From the NCBI GenBank assembly GCA_964291675.2, contig OZ219866.1, forward strand, positions 160,001 through 224,000: a stretch of DNA of 64,000 nucleotides. Direction: 5' to 3'. The notes under the pieces are model-generated. The model was not told the origin of the DNA. It did no database searches and saw only the letters and a list, made by a program, of their open reading frames with translations. The position numbers and the translations under genes are program-made. Positions 23,016-33,114 of this stretch are shown piece after piece. Each line of letters begins with the position of its first letter. Position 1 is the stretch's first letter. Origin of the DNA: Alphaproteobacteria bacterium. GTDB taxonomy: Bacteria; Pseudomonadota; Alphaproteobacteria; MPNO01.

Positions 23016-25187
23016 ATGGAACGAAGCTTCGCCAAGGAAGTCGAGCTTCTGCGCCGGGGCGACGGCGAGCATTTCGAGGGCGAGGGCATCCTCGCGATCA
23101 CCAAGGCGCTGCTGCAATCGGGGGTGAGCTATGTCGGCGGCTACCAGGGCGCGCCGGTCTCCCACCTGATGGACGTGCTGACCTCGGACTCGAAGGGGCT
23201 GATGGCCGAGCTCGGCGTCCATACCGAGGTCTGCGCCAACGAGGCCGCGGCGGCGGCGATGCTGGCGGCCTCGATCAACTACCCGATCCGCGGCGCGGTC
23301 ACCTGGAAGTCGACGGTGGGCACCAACGTGGCCGCCGACGCGCTGTCCAACGTGGCGTCGGCCGGCGTCGTCGGCGGCGCGCTGATCATCCTCGGCGAGG
23401 ATTACGGCGAGGGCGCCAGCATCATCCAGGAGCGCACCCACGCCTTCGCCATGAAGTGCTCGGCCTGGCTGATGGACCCGCGCCCGCACCACCCGCGCAT
23501 GGTGGAGCTGATCGAGAAGGGGTTCGAGCTGTCCGAAGCCTCGCACACGCCGGTGATGGTCGAGTTCCGCATCCGCGCCTGCCACGTGACGGGGCGCTTT
23601 GCGACCAGCGACAACCGGCCCGGAAAATTCTCGACCAACGACAAGCTGGAGAAGCCGGTCTTCGACCTCGGGCGCATCGCGCTGCCGCCGGCGACCTACG
23701 AGCAGGAGAAGAAGAAGGTCGAGGAGCGCTTCCCGGCGGCGATCGACTTCATCCGCGAGCACAGGCTCAACGAGGTCTTCCCCGGCAAGCACGACGATGT
23801 CGGCATCGTCTGCCTCGGCGGTCTCTACAACTCGGTGATCCGCGGGCTCCAGCAGCTCGGCCTCGCCGACGTGTTCGGCAATTCCGACATTCCGATCCTC
23901 TGCCTCAACGTCACCTACCCGCTGGTGGACGACGAGATCGCCGCGTTCTGCGCCACCAAGCGGTCGGTGCTGATCGTCGAGGAGGGGTTCCCGGAGTACC
24001 ACGAGCAGGCGATCAACGCGCTCCTGCGCAAGGCCGACCTCAACACCGAGATCGTCGGCAAGGGGGTGTTCCCCAGGGCCGGCGAGTACCAGGCCGAGGT
24101 GATGCTGCGCGGGCTCGCCGGGTTCGTCGAGGGCTCGGTGCCGAAGGGGGTGGATCTGGCGCCGGTCTCGGCCGCGGTCGCCGCGATCGACAGGACCAAG
24201 GAGAAGGCGGCCGAGATGCTGGGCGGGCCGGTGCCCAAGCGGCCGCCCGGTTTCTGCACCGGCTGCCCCGAGCGCCCGGTGTTCAGCGCGATCAAGCTGG
24301 TGCAGCGCGAGGAGGATATCGGCGAGGTCCACATCTCGGCCGATATCGGCTGCCACACCTTCGCCGCCCTGCCGCCCTTCGGGCTCGGCAACACGGTCAC
24401 CGGCTACGGGCTCGGGCTGGCGAGCTCGGCCGGGGTGGCGCCGCATTTCAACGGGCGCACGATCTCGATCATGGGCGATGGCGGGTTCTGGCATAACGGG
24501 CTGTCTTCGGGGATCAGCGGGGCGGCCTATAACGACCACGACTCGGTGCTGGTCATCATGGCCAACGGCTACTCCTCGGCCACCGGCCAGCAGCATTTGC
24601 CGTCGACCACCGCCGGCGGCAACGTGCCCAACGACACCGTCATGCCGATCGAGCGCGCCATCAAGGGGCTCGGCGTCAAGTGGGTGCGCAAGCAGTACAC
24701 CTACCGGGTCGGCAAGATGAAGCGGCTGCTGCACGAGGCGCTGACCACGCCGGAGAAGGGGCTGAAGGTGATCATCGCCGAGGCCGAGTGCCAGATCGCC
24801 AAGCAGCGCCGCCTGCGCCCGCTGATGCGCAAGGCGCTCGATGCCGGCAAGCGGGTGGTGCGCACCCGGTTCGGCGTCGACGAGGAGACCTGCACGGGCG
24901 ATCACTCCTGCATCCGGCTCTCGGGCTGTCCCTCGCTCACCGTCAAGTCCAACCCGGACCCGCTGCGCAAGGACCCGGTGGCGCATGTCAACAACGGCTG
25001 CGTCGGCTGCGGGCTGTGCGGCGAGGTGGCGGACGCGGCGGTGCTCTGCCCGTCCTTCTACAAGGCGGACATCATCCAGAACCCGAGCGGCACCGACCTG
25101 TTCCTCGAAAAATGGCGGGGCGCCGTCATCGGCCGGCTCGGGGGCTACGCCAACGGGGCGGCGAAGGGCAACGGAGCCGCGGCATGA
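23016..25187 (+). CDS. iorA: Indolepyruvate:ferredoxin oxidoreductase alpha subunit
   Basis: GYQGAP, RPPGFCTGCPER, DIGCH, GDGGFWH, C-terminal ferredoxin CVGCGLC. Confidence 0.9.
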   Translation: MERSFAKEVELLRRGDGEHFEGEGILAITKALLQSGVSYVGGYQGAPVSHLMDVLTSDSKGLMAELGVHTEVCANEAAAAAMLAASINYPIRGAVTWKSTVGTNVAADALSNVASAGVVGGALIILGEDYGEGASIIQERTHAFAMKCSAWLMDPRPHHPRMVELIEKGFELSEASHTPVMVEFRIRACHVTGRFATSDNRPGKFSTNDKLEKPVFDLGRIALPPATYEQEKKKVEERFPAAIDFIREHRLNEVFPGKHDDVGIVCLGGLYNSVIRGLQQLGLADVFGNSDIPILCLNVTYPLVDDEIAAFCATKRSVLIVEEGFPEYHEQAINALLRKADLNTEIVGKGVFPRAGEYQAEVMLRGLAGFVEGSVPKGVDLAPVSAAVAAIDRTKEKAAEMLGGPVPKRPPGFCTGCPERPVFSAIKLVQREEDIGEVHISADIGCHTFAALPPFGLGNTVTGYGLGLASSAGVAPHFNGRTISIMGDGGFWHNGLSSGISGAAYNDHDSVLVIMANGYSSATGQQHLPSTTAGGNVPNDTVMPIERAIKGLGVKWVRKQYTYRVGKMKRLLHEALTTPEKGLKVIIAEAECQIAKQRRLRPLMRKALDAGKRVVRTRFGVDEETCTGDHSCIRLSGCPSLTVKSNPDPLRKDPVAHVNNGCVGCGLCGEVADAAVLCPSFYKADIIQNPSGTDLFLEKWRGAVIGRLGGYANGAAKGNGAAA

Positions 25188-26749
25188 GCGGCGCGACGAA
25201 CGGCGCCGACGCGCTTCCCGAGCGCACCTTCGCCTTGGTGGTCGGCGCGCTCGGCGGCGAGGGCGGCGGCGTGCTGACGAGCTGGATCGTGGCGGCGGCG
25301 GAATCGCTCGGCTACCCGGTGCAGAGCACCTCGATCCCGGGCGTGGCGCAGCGCACCGGCGCCACCACCTACTACATCGAGTTCTACCCGGCCCATCGCG
25401 ACCGGCTCGGCGGGCGCTCGCCGACCATGGCGCTCTATGCGACGCCCGGCAACATGGATGTGGTGGTCACCTCGGAGCTGATGGAGGCCGGGCGCGCGCT
25501 CGAGCTCGGCTGGGTGACGCCCGACCGGACCACGCTGATCTCGTCCTCCCACCGGATCTATTCGATCTTCGAGAAATCGGCGATGGGGGACGGGCGGGTC
25601 GAGGTCGGGGACCTGGTCAAGACCGCGAACCATCTCGCCAAGCGGCCCATCCTGATCGACATGGACCGCCTCGCCCAGGCCAACGGGGCGGCGATCAACG
25701 CGGTCATTCTCGGCGTCATGGCGGGCTCGGGCGAGCTGCCGATCCCGGCCGAGGCGTTCGAGCGGGCGATCGAGAAGACCGGCGTCGCGGTCGGCGCCAA
25801 TCTGCGCGGCTTCAAGGCGGGGCTCGACCATGTGCGGGGCGACGCCCCGATGCCGGAGGCGGAGCAGCCGGCGGAGCGCCCGGCGCCGCGCAATGTCGAG
25901 GCGCTGCTGGCGCGGGTCGAGCAGGCCTTCCCGCCCGAGACCCGCCAGATGCTGTCGGACGGGGTGCGCCGCGCGGTGGACTACCAGAACCTCGCCTATG
26001 GCGCGCGCTATCTCGACAATGCCGCGAAGATCCTCGCCGCCGACAAGGCCAGTGGCGGGGCCGACAGGGGGTTCAGGCTGACCGTCGAGGGCGGGCGGTA
26101 TCTCGCGCTCTGGATGTGTTTCGAGGACATCATCCGGGTCGCCCAGCTGAAGAGCCGGCCCGAACGCATGGCGCGCGTCCGCCGCGAGGTCGGCGCCAAG
26201 GACGGCGAGCCGGTGGTCGTCACCGAGTTCCTCAAGCCGGGCTATGACGAGATCGCCTCGGTGCTGCCGCCCATGCTCGGCCGCGCGCTCACGCGGTGGA
26301 AGGAGAGGAAGCCGGGGCGGCAGAAATTCCACGTCGCCATGCGGGTCAGGACCAACACGGTGTTCGGCTATGTCCGGCTCCGGGCGCTGGCGAAGCTCCG
26401 CTTCTGGCGGCCTTACAGCTACCGCTTCGCCGAGGAGTGGTCGGAGATCGCGGCCTGGCTCGCGGCGCTGGAAGGCGCGGCGGCGAGGAGCTACGAATTG
26501 GCGCTCGAGATCGCCGAACTCCCCAACCTGCGCAAGGGCTATTCCGACACCCACCGGCGCGGCGTCGCCAACTACCGCGAGGTGTTCGAGCGGCTCGCCC
26601 GCCCGGCGGCCGGAGCGAGCGGCGATGCCGCCCAGGCGGTGGCCGCGCTGAGTGCCGCGCGCAGCGCAGCGCTCGCCGACCCCGACGGCGACGCGCTCCG
26701 CACCGTGCTCGTCGCCCCGCCCGGCGAACAGGCACAGGCGGCGGAGTAG
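25184..26749 (+). CDS. iorB: Indolepyruvate oxidoreductase beta-family subunit with long C-terminal domain
   Basis: GGEGGGVL, PGVAQRTGAT, DYQN, KGYSDT; start MSGAT overlaps the iorA stop. Confidence 0.85.
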   Translation: MSGATNGADALPERTFALVVGALGGEGGGVLTSWIVAAAESLGYPVQSTSIPGVAQRTGATTYYIEFYPAHRDRLGGRSPTMALYATPGNMDVVVTSELMEAGRALELGWVTPDRTTLISSSHRIYSIFEKSAMGDGRVEVGDLVKTANHLAKRPILIDMDRLAQANGAAINAVILGVMAGSGELPIPAEAFERAIEKTGVAVGANLRGFKAGLDHVRGDAPMPEAEQPAERPAPRNVEALLARVEQAFPPETRQMLSDGVRRAVDYQNLAYGARYLDNAAKILAADKASGGADRGFRLTVEGGRYLALWMCFEDIIRVAQLKSRPERMARVRREVGAKDGEPVVVTEFLKPGYDEIASVLPPMLGRALTRWKERKPGRQKFHVAMRVRTNTVFGYVRLRALAKLRFWRPYSYRFAEEWSEIAAWLAALEGAAARSYELALEIAELPNLRKGYSDTHRRGVANYREVFERLARPAAGASGDAAQAVAALSAARSAALADPDGDALRTVLVAPPGEQAQAAE

Positions 26750-26865
26750 GGGTTCCCCCGCCACGGTCGTCCGGCCGGGCAGCGCGGCCTGGCGGGGTTG
26801 CGCTGTGCGCGCTTGCCGTCATATTGGCAAATTGCATTCATCGAAAGCACGATGGGTATTCGACC

Positions 26866-27117
26866 ATGGCCATGCTGACCGTCCGCAACCTGCCGGACGA
26901 GGTGCATCGCGCCCTGCGCGTTCGGGCCGCCCTGAGGGGCCGCAGCATCGAGGCGGAGGTGCGCGCCATCCTGGCGGAAACGGTGCTGCCGGAAGGGCGG
27001 GCCCAGCTGGGGACGCTGTTGACCGCAATCGGCCGGCGCGCCGGGTTGACGGAGGACGAGTTCGCAAGCCTTGGGCAACGCGATACCGCTCCGGCCCGGC
27101 CGATCGATCTCGAATGA
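26866..27117 (+). CDS. FitA/StbC-like ribbon-helix-helix antitoxin
   Basis: MAMLTVRNLPDEVHRALRVRAA..GRSIEAEVRAIL. Confidence 0.88.
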   Translation: MAMLTVRNLPDEVHRALRVRAALRGRSIEAEVRAILAETVLPEGRAQLGTLLTAIGRRAGLTEDEFASLGQRDTAPARPIDLE

Positions 27118-27160
27118 TTCTGCTGGATCGGTTCGAGGCGGCGGGATTCGTCGATCGTGG
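27114..27160 (+). pseudogene. FitB/VapC PIN toxin remnant (large internal deletion)
   Basis: ATGA overlap, then MILLD joined directly to RFEAAGF (PIN N-terminus plus C-terminal FEAAG motif). Confidence 0.65.
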
Positions 27161-27207
27161 ACCGCGTAGGCGCGCCGGCGCCGCATCGACAGACGCCGCG
27201 GTTCCCC

Positions 27208-28323
27208 CTACGCCTCGCCCCACACCTCGCGCGCGAGGTCGATCACCAGCGACAGCTTGGCGGCCTGGTCCTCGACCGCGATCAGGTTGCCGAGGTCGAC
27301 GCTGGCGAAGCCGCATTGCGGGCTCAGGCCCAGCCGGTCGAGGGAGACGTATTGCGCGGCCTCGTCGATCCGGCGCCTGAGCGCGTCGCGGTCCTCCATC
27401 TCGCCGCGCTTGGTGGTCACCAGGCCGAGCACCACGCAGCCGTCGTCGGGCATGAAGCGCAGCGGCTCGAACCCGCCCGAGCGCACATCGTCGTATTCGA
27501 GGAACCAGGCATCGACGCCCACCACCGGGAACAGGGCCTCGGCCAGCGGCTCGTAGCCGCCCTCGGCGATCCAGGCGCTCTGCGCGTTGCCGCGGCAGAG
27601 ATGGATGGTGAGGTAGGTCTCGGGGTTGCGCCCGGAGATGCAGTCGTTCAGCAGGCGCGCGTATCTGTGGATCAGCGTATCCGGGTCCTCGCCGATGGCC
27701 CTCAGGTTCTCGCGCATCCTGGTGTCGACGAAATAGTTGATGACCGGATCGTCGATCTGGATATAGCGGCAGCCGAGCGCTTCCAGCGCGGCGATCTCCT
27801 CGCGCCAGACCCGGGCGAGGTCGTCCCAGAACGCGTCCTTGTCGGGATAGGCCGCACCGTCGACCGAGGCGTCGCCGCCGTGGAAATGAACCCGCGTGGG
27901 CGAGGGGATGGTCACCTTGGCGGTCTTCGCGGTCTTCCCGTCGAGATACGCGAAGTCGGCGGCCAGGATGTCGCCCTTCCGGCCGAGCCTTCCCGCCGTC
28001 CGCACGTTCTTCGGCACGTAGCCCGACGCTGTGCCCGGCGCCTTCTGGAACCCCGCCGCCTCGTCCGGGCTCGAAATCTCGATCCCCTCGATCGCCGAGA
28101 TGAAGTCGATCCACCAGTTCTCGCGCCGGAACTCGCCGTCGGTGACGGATTCGAGCCCGATATCCTCCTGCAGCCGGACCGCATCGGCGATCGCCGCGTC
28201 CTCGACCTCGCGTAGCGCCGCCGCGCTGATTGCGCCCGACTTCCACGACGCGCGGGCCTCCAGCAGCTCCGGCGGGCGCAGCAGGCTGCCCACGTGGTCG
28301 GCACGGAACAGCGGTTTCTTCAT
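27208..28323 (-). CDS. Cobalamin-independent methionine synthase II family (MetE C-domain-like)
   Basis: RADHVGSLLRP, TDGEFRR, IQIDD, HLCRGN, LEYD, LSPQCGF. Confidence 0.85.
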   Translation of the reverse strand: MKKPLFRADHVGSLLRPPELLEARASWKSGAISAAALREVEDAAIADAVRLQEDIGLESVTDGEFRRENWWIDFISAIEGIEISSPDEAAGFQKAPGTASGYVPKNVRTAGRLGRKGDILAADFAYLDGKTAKTAKVTIPSPTRVHFHGGDASVDGAAYPDKDAFWDDLARVWREEIAALEALGCRYIQIDDPVINYFVDTRMRENLRAIGEDPDTLIHRYARLLNDCISGRNPETYLTIHLCRGNAQSAWIAEGGYEPLAEALFPVVGVDAWFLEYDDVRSGGFEPLRFMPDDGCVVLGLVTTKRGEMEDRDALRRRIDEAAQYVSLDRLGLSPQCGFASVDLGNLIAVEDQAAKLSLVIDLAREVWGEA

Positions 28324-28429
28324 CGACACGCCCTCCCCTCTCGCCGGCGCGTTGACTCGCCCCCGGCCACGCCGAACTATGTACCCCGTTCCCGGTGGTG
28401 CGTCACGACCGGGCCGGCCAGGGGGGGTC

Positions 28430-29248
28430 ATGCGGATCGAGGACTATCCGGCGCAGGAGCCGTTGAGCGAGGCGGGCCAGGCCTTCGCCGACGAGGTCAT
28501 GGCAAGGGGCTCGGGCGTGGCGGCGCTCGACATCCAGTACGGCGCCGATCCCTACCAGTCGATCGCCATCCAGACCCCGGCCGAACCGAACGGTACGGTA
28601 CTCGCCATGATGCATGGCGGCGGCTGGACCTCGGGCTACAAGGAACATCTCAACTTCGCCGGGCCGTGCGCCACCGCGCACGGCGCGATCTACGCCAGCA
28701 TCGGCTACCGCCTCGCGCCGCGGCATCTGTTTCCCGCCGGGCTGGAGGACGCCGCCGACGCAATCGCCTGGCTGCATGACAACGTCGCCGGGATCGGCGG
28801 CGATCCCGGGCGCATCTTCCTCGGCGGGCATTCGGCGGGCGGGCACTACGCGGCGCTGCTCGCGGTGACGACGGGCTGGCAGGCGCCGCGCGGGCTGCCG
28901 CCCGACGCGATCCGGGGCTGCCTGCCGATCTCCGGCGTCTATCGCTTCGGCGAGGGCAGCGGGCTTTCCGGGCGGCCGCGCTTCCTGGGGCCCGAGTCGA
29001 ACGACCGCCCGGCGAGCCCGGTGCTCAATATCGAGGCGCCCCGCCCCTTCCTCATCGCCCATGGCGGCGAGGACTTCCCGCATCTGATGGTCCAGGCGGA
29101 AGAGATGGAGCGCGCGCTCGGCGCGGCGGGCGGCGACGTGGCGCGCATCGAGATGCCGGCGCGCAACCACTTCTCCGCCTGCTACGCCGCCGGCGAGGCG
29201 GACGGCCCCTGGGCCGGCGCCGCGCTCGACTGGATCGCGGCGCGCTGA
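28430..29248 (+). CDS. Alpha/beta hydrolase (esterase/arylformamidase-like)
   Basis: HGGGW, GHSAGG. Confidence 0.85.
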   Translation: MRIEDYPAQEPLSEAGQAFADEVMARGSGVAALDIQYGADPYQSIAIQTPAEPNGTVLAMMHGGGWTSGYKEHLNFAGPCATAHGAIYASIGYRLAPRHLFPAGLEDAADAIAWLHDNVAGIGGDPGRIFLGGHSAGGHYAALLAVTTGWQAPRGLPPDAIRGCLPISGVYRFGEGSGLSGRPRFLGPESNDRPASPVLNIEAPRPFLIAHGGEDFPHLMVQAEEMERALGAAGGDVARIEMPARNHFSACYAAGEADGPWAGAALDWIAAR

Positions 29249-29258
29249 TCGCCGCGCC

Positions 29259-30725
29259 ATGCCGGCAATCGAAGCGCGCGGCCTCCACAAGCAGTTCCAG
29301 GCGACCCGCGCGCTGGAGGACGTGTCGTTTGCGGTCGAGCCCGGCGAGATCCACGCGCTGATCGGCGAGAACGGCGCCGGCAAGTCGACGCTGATCAAGA
29401 TCCTGGGCGGCGTCTACCGGCCCGACCGCGGCACCGTGGCGGTGGGCGGCGAGGAGCGGCGCTTCGCCGGCCCGCGCGAGGCGCTGGCCGGCGGCATCGT
29501 CACCATCCCGCAGGAGATGCGCGTCGTGCCCGCGCTCGGCGTTGCCGAGAACGTGCTCATCGGGCATTTGCCGATGCGCCGCGCGCTCGGCCTGCCGGTG
29601 CTCGACCGGGCGGCGATGGCGCGCAGGGCGGCGGGCATTCTCGACCGCCTCGGGATCGACATCGATCCCGGCACGCGGGTCGACCGGCTGGGCTACGCCG
29701 AGCGCCAGCTGGTGATGATCGCCCGGGCGCTCAGCCACGCGGCGCGAGTGGTGATCCTCGACGAGCCGACGGCGGCGCTGGAGGCGCGCGAGGTCGAGCG
29801 GCTGTTCCGCGCGATCGACGCGCTCAAGGCCGACGGCGTGGCGATCGTCTATGTCTCGCACCGGCTCGACGAGGTCGAGGCGCTGGCCGATACCTGCACC
29901 GTGCTGCGCGACGGGCGGGCGGTCGAGCGCTTCGCGCGCGGCGAGCGCGGGCGGGCCGACATCGTCCGCGCGATGACCGGGCGCGACATCGAGACCGCGC
30001 ACGCCGCCCCCGGCGCGGCATCGACCGGCATCCTGCTGCGCGGGCCGGTGGGCGAGGAGCCCGAGGTCGCGGTCGGCGAGGGCAGCGTGCTCGGCCTCGC
30101 CGGGCTGCTCGGCAGTGGCACGACGGAGCTGCTGCACCGCCTGTTCGGCGGCGCGCGCGGGCCGGTGGAGATCGAGAAATCGGGCGCGGCGGTCCGGCTC
30201 GCACGGCCCGCCGACGCGATCCGGGCCGGCATCGGGCTGGTCCCCGGCGAGCGAGCGCTGGGGCTCGCGATGGCGCTCACGGTGCGCGAGAACATCGTGC
30301 TCCCCAACCTGCCGCTGCTGGCTGGCGGGCTGCGGCTCGACAGGCCGGCGATCGACCGCCTGGTCGCGCGGCTGATCGAGAGCGTCGACATCCGCCCGCC
30401 CGACCCGGACCGGACGGTGCGCCAGCTTTCCGGCGGCAACCAGCAGAAGGTGATCTTCGCGCGCTGGCTCGCCGGCCATGCCGACGTGCTGCTGCTCGAC
30501 GAGCCGACGCACGGCATCGACATCGGCGCCAAGGCGCAGATCCACCGGCTGATGCGCCGCTTCGTCGAGGATGGCGGCGGGATCGTGCTCGCCTCGGCGG
30601 AGATGGCGGAGCTGCTGGCGGTCAGCGACTCGGTGCTGGCGATGCGCCGCGGCAGGACGGTCGGGCGCCTGACGCGCGACGGCGCATACACCGAGGCCGC
30701 GCTGAGATCGGCGCTCGGCGGATGA
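29259..30725 (+). CDS. Sugar-type ABC transporter ATPase (RbsA-like)
   Basis: GENGAGKS, LDEPT (twice), LSGGNQQK. Confidence 0.9.
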   Translation: MPAIEARGLHKQFQATRALEDVSFAVEPGEIHALIGENGAGKSTLIKILGGVYRPDRGTVAVGGEERRFAGPREALAGGIVTIPQEMRVVPALGVAENVLIGHLPMRRALGLPVLDRAAMARRAAGILDRLGIDIDPGTRVDRLGYAERQLVMIARALSHAARVVILDEPTAALEAREVERLFRAIDALKADGVAIVYVSHRLDEVEALADTCTVLRDGRAVERFARGERGRADIVRAMTGRDIETAHAAPGAASTGILLRGPVGEEPEVAVGEGSVLGLAGLLGSGTTELLHRLFGGARGPVEIEKSGAAVRLARPADAIRAGIGLVPGERALGLAMALTVRENIVLPNLPLLAGGLRLDRPAIDRLVARLIESVDIRPPDPDRTVRQLSGGNQQKVIFARWLAGHADVLLLDEPTHGIDIGAKAQIHRLMRRFVEDGGGIVLASAEMAELLAVSDSVLAMRRGRTVGRLTRDGAYTEAALRSALGG

Positions 30726-31669
30726 GAGGCCCGGCGCAGGCCCGGATCGGCTGGCTGGCCGGGCAGATCCCGCTGCTCGCGCTGGTCGTGCTCTGCCTGG
30801 TCGCGAGCGCGCTGTCAGACCGGTTCTTCTCGCCGATCAACATCAACAACGTGCTGATGCAGGGCGCGGTCATGACGGTGATCACCATCGGCATGACCTA
30901 TGTGATCGTCTGCGGCGGGTTCGACCTCAGCGTCGGCTCGGTGGTGGCGCTGTCGGGCTGCATCGCGGCCATGGCGATGCTGGAGGCCGGCATCGTCGCG
31001 GGGGTGGCCGCCGGCGTCGCGGTCGGCGCCCTGGTCGGGCTGGTCAACGGGCTCGTCGTGACCCGGCTCGACGTGAACCCGTTCATCGCCACGCTCGGCA
31101 CCATGGTGCTGTTCCGCGGCGTCACCTTCCTGATCACCGGCGGGCGGCCGATCGTCGGCGAGGAGGGGCTGCCGGAGCTCTTTCTCGACTTCGCCATCGA
31201 ACGCCTGTTCGGCATCCCCTTCCTGGTCTGGCTGCCGGTGCTCCTGTTCGGCGTGTTCCACTGGCTGCTGCACCGCACGGCCTACGGAATCCGCGTCTTC
31301 GCCACCGGCGGCAACACCGAGGCGGCCTATCTCGCGGGCGTCGCGGTGGGGCGTGTGCGGGCCTCGGCCTATGTCTGGTGCGGCGCGCTCGCCGGGCTCG
31401 CCGGGGTGATGCTGGCGTCCCGGCTGCAATCGGGCCAGCCGACGGCGGGCGCGTTCTACGAGCTCACCGCGATCGCCGCCGTGGTGCTCGGCGGCGCCTC
31501 GCTGTTCGGCGGCGAGGGGAAGCTCTACAAGTCGATCATCGGGGTGTTCATCATGGTGGTGCTGGCGAATGCGCTCAACCTCGCCAACGTCCACTCCTAC
31601 TGGCAGCAGGTGGCGATCGGCCTGGTGATCGTCGCCGCCGCCGCCGCCGACCGCCTGCGCCGCCGCTGA
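30722..31669 (+). CDS. Sugar-type ABC transporter permease (RbsC-like)
   Basis: GGFDLSVG, PFIATLG, GGN.EAA, YELTAIAAVVLGG. Confidence 0.9.
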   Translation: MRGPAQARIGWLAGQIPLLALVVLCLVASALSDRFFSPININNVLMQGAVMTVITIGMTYVIVCGGFDLSVGSVVALSGCIAAMAMLEAGIVAGVAAGVAVGALVGLVNGLVVTRLDVNPFIATLGTMVLFRGVTFLITGGRPIVGEEGLPELFLDFAIERLFGIPFLVWLPVLLFGVFHWLLHRTAYGIRVFATGGNTEAAYLAGVAVGRVRASAYVWCGALAGLAGVMLASRLQSGQPTAGAFYELTAIAAVVLGGASLFGGEGKLYKSIIGVFIMVVLANALNLANVHSYWQQVAIGLVIVAAAAADRLRRR

Positions 31670-31695
31670 CGGGCGCCGCGGGCCGAGAGCGGCCG

Positions 31696-32319
31696 CTACC
31701 GAACGAGTCCCTGCTTCCGCGCCATCTCCATGGCGAGGTTTTCCGAAGCATCGAGGAACGCGAAGAACACGCTCAAATCGTCGATGTAGTGCTGCCATTG
31801 CCCGTCGGCGGCATGCTCCCAAGCGTACCGCTTTTTCCACAACTCCGCGTCTTCATCCATGTAGGCGAAGACGTCCTTCAGGCCTTGCAAGCGCCGGTTG
31901 GCGGGGCCTTCGGGGATCGCGGGATCGTCGGTGCTCAGAAACGCGACCAGATCGAACGGATGATCGGTGGAGGCCTTCGCGAACAGACGCTCCAGCTCGG
32001 CTGCCGCAGAGACCCCGCGCGCGTCGAGCCGGTCGTAGAGCCCGGCGAGACGATGCCCGTCGGGGCCCTCCGGGGGCCTGACGCCAACCAGGTGCAGCAG
32101 GCATTTCAGCCTGAGCTCCAGCGCGATCGCGAGATTGAAATGGCTGGCCGTCTTGAGCGATTCCCAGACGGTGTGCGACGGCCAGCCCGATGCGCCTCCG
32201 ACCGGCGAAAGGTCTCCGCCCCTGACCCGCAGCCGGGCGATTTCACGCTCGATCAGCGAGGCGGACTGGCGGAATGCCCGGGCGTCGCCGATCAGCTTCA
32301 GGAACCGCACGCCGTTCAT
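31696..32319 (-). CDS. HEPN-like domain protein
   Basis: ALELRLK..GHRL..KRY pattern matches HEPN ExxLK / HxL / RY. Confidence 0.55.
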   Translation of the reverse strand: MNGVRFLKLIGDARAFRQSASLIEREIARLRVRGGDLSPVGGASGWPSHTVWESLKTASHFNLAIALELRLKCLLHLVGVRPPEGPDGHRLAGLYDRLDARGVSAAAELERLFAKASTDHPFDLVAFLSTDDPAIPEGPANRRLQGLKDVFAYMDEDAELWKKRYAWEHAADGQWQHYIDDLSVFFAFLDASENLAMEMARKQGLVR

Positions 32320-32349
32320 CGCTTCGCCTCCACCGGCTTGCGCTACCCG

Positions 32350-32799
32350 TTAGCGATACTCCGACGCGGGCCTTGCCGGGCGCGTCGCGGAATTCCCGCT
32401 CAACACGTAGAGATCGGGGACCGGCAGCGCGAAGCCGCCGCTCCAGCCGGTCGCGCCATCCCCTTCCGGCACGCCCGGCCCCCGAACGGCCCCCGAGGGG
32501 CGAAGCCGGAGGCCGAGCGCGTTCATCACGCTGACAACGGTCGCGAAACCGGGGTTCCCGTCGCCGGAGAGCGCCTTGTACAGGCTTTCCCTGCCCAACC
32601 CGGTCTTCGCCGCGACGGCGGTCATTCCCCTGGATCGCGCGATATCCCCGAGCGCCGCCGCGATGATGCGCGGATCGCCGTCCTCGAACGCCGCTTCCAG
32701 GTAGGCCACGATGTCATCGAGGTCTTCGAGATAGTCCGCCGCATCCCAGGGGAGCGTGCTCGCCCTTGCGGCGGAAGCGCGGGTTCGCGCATCGTTCAT
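32350..32799 (-). CDS. Addiction-module antidote (HI1420-like HTH) with atypical C-terminal extension
   Basis: WDAADYL, ALGDIARSRGMT, GRESLYKALS.DGNP. Confidence 0.85.
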   Translation of the reverse strand: MNDARTRASAARASTLPWDAADYLEDLDDIVAYLEAAFEDGDPRIIAAALGDIARSRGMTAVAAKTGLGRESLYKALSGDGNPGFATVVSVMNALGLRLRPSGAVRGPGVPEGDGATGWSGGFALPVPDLYVLSGNSATRPARPASEYR

Positions 32800-33014
32800 C
32801 GATCTTCCCCTTCCGCCAACGCCTGCGCGAGGTCGCGCGCTCTCTCGATGTCCTGCCGCCGGGTTCGCTTGTCGCCGCCGACCACCGCCCGCGCATCTCC
32901 CGGATTGCCCAGCGCCAACCGATTGATGCGGATGAGGATCCGCGCCTTCGCCCGCCTGTCGCGAAGTCTCCGAAACCAGCTGTCGTACGCATCGGTCTGG
33001 CGAACTTCGGCCAC
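32796..33014 (-). pseudogene. Addiction-module killer (HI1419/RelE-like) with in-frame core deletion
   Basis: W..LRD..AKARI..RINRLALGNPGD is joined to GGDK; the ELRI..GPGYRVY core is absent. Confidence 0.75.
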
Positions 33015-33023
33015 CGGCCGGTT

Positions 33024-33039
33024 GTATCCTACAAGATAC
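33024..33039. promoter_or_regulatory. Putative TA operator GTATC-N6-GATAC
   Basis: Inverted repeat 10 bp upstream of the killer start. Confidence 0.45.
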
Positions 33040-33114
33040 GCCTCGGCAACGCTGCTGCAATCGGCGAAAGGCCCCGACGGGCTGGCGGAAACGGAGCCGC
33101 GTCCTCCAAGTGCA

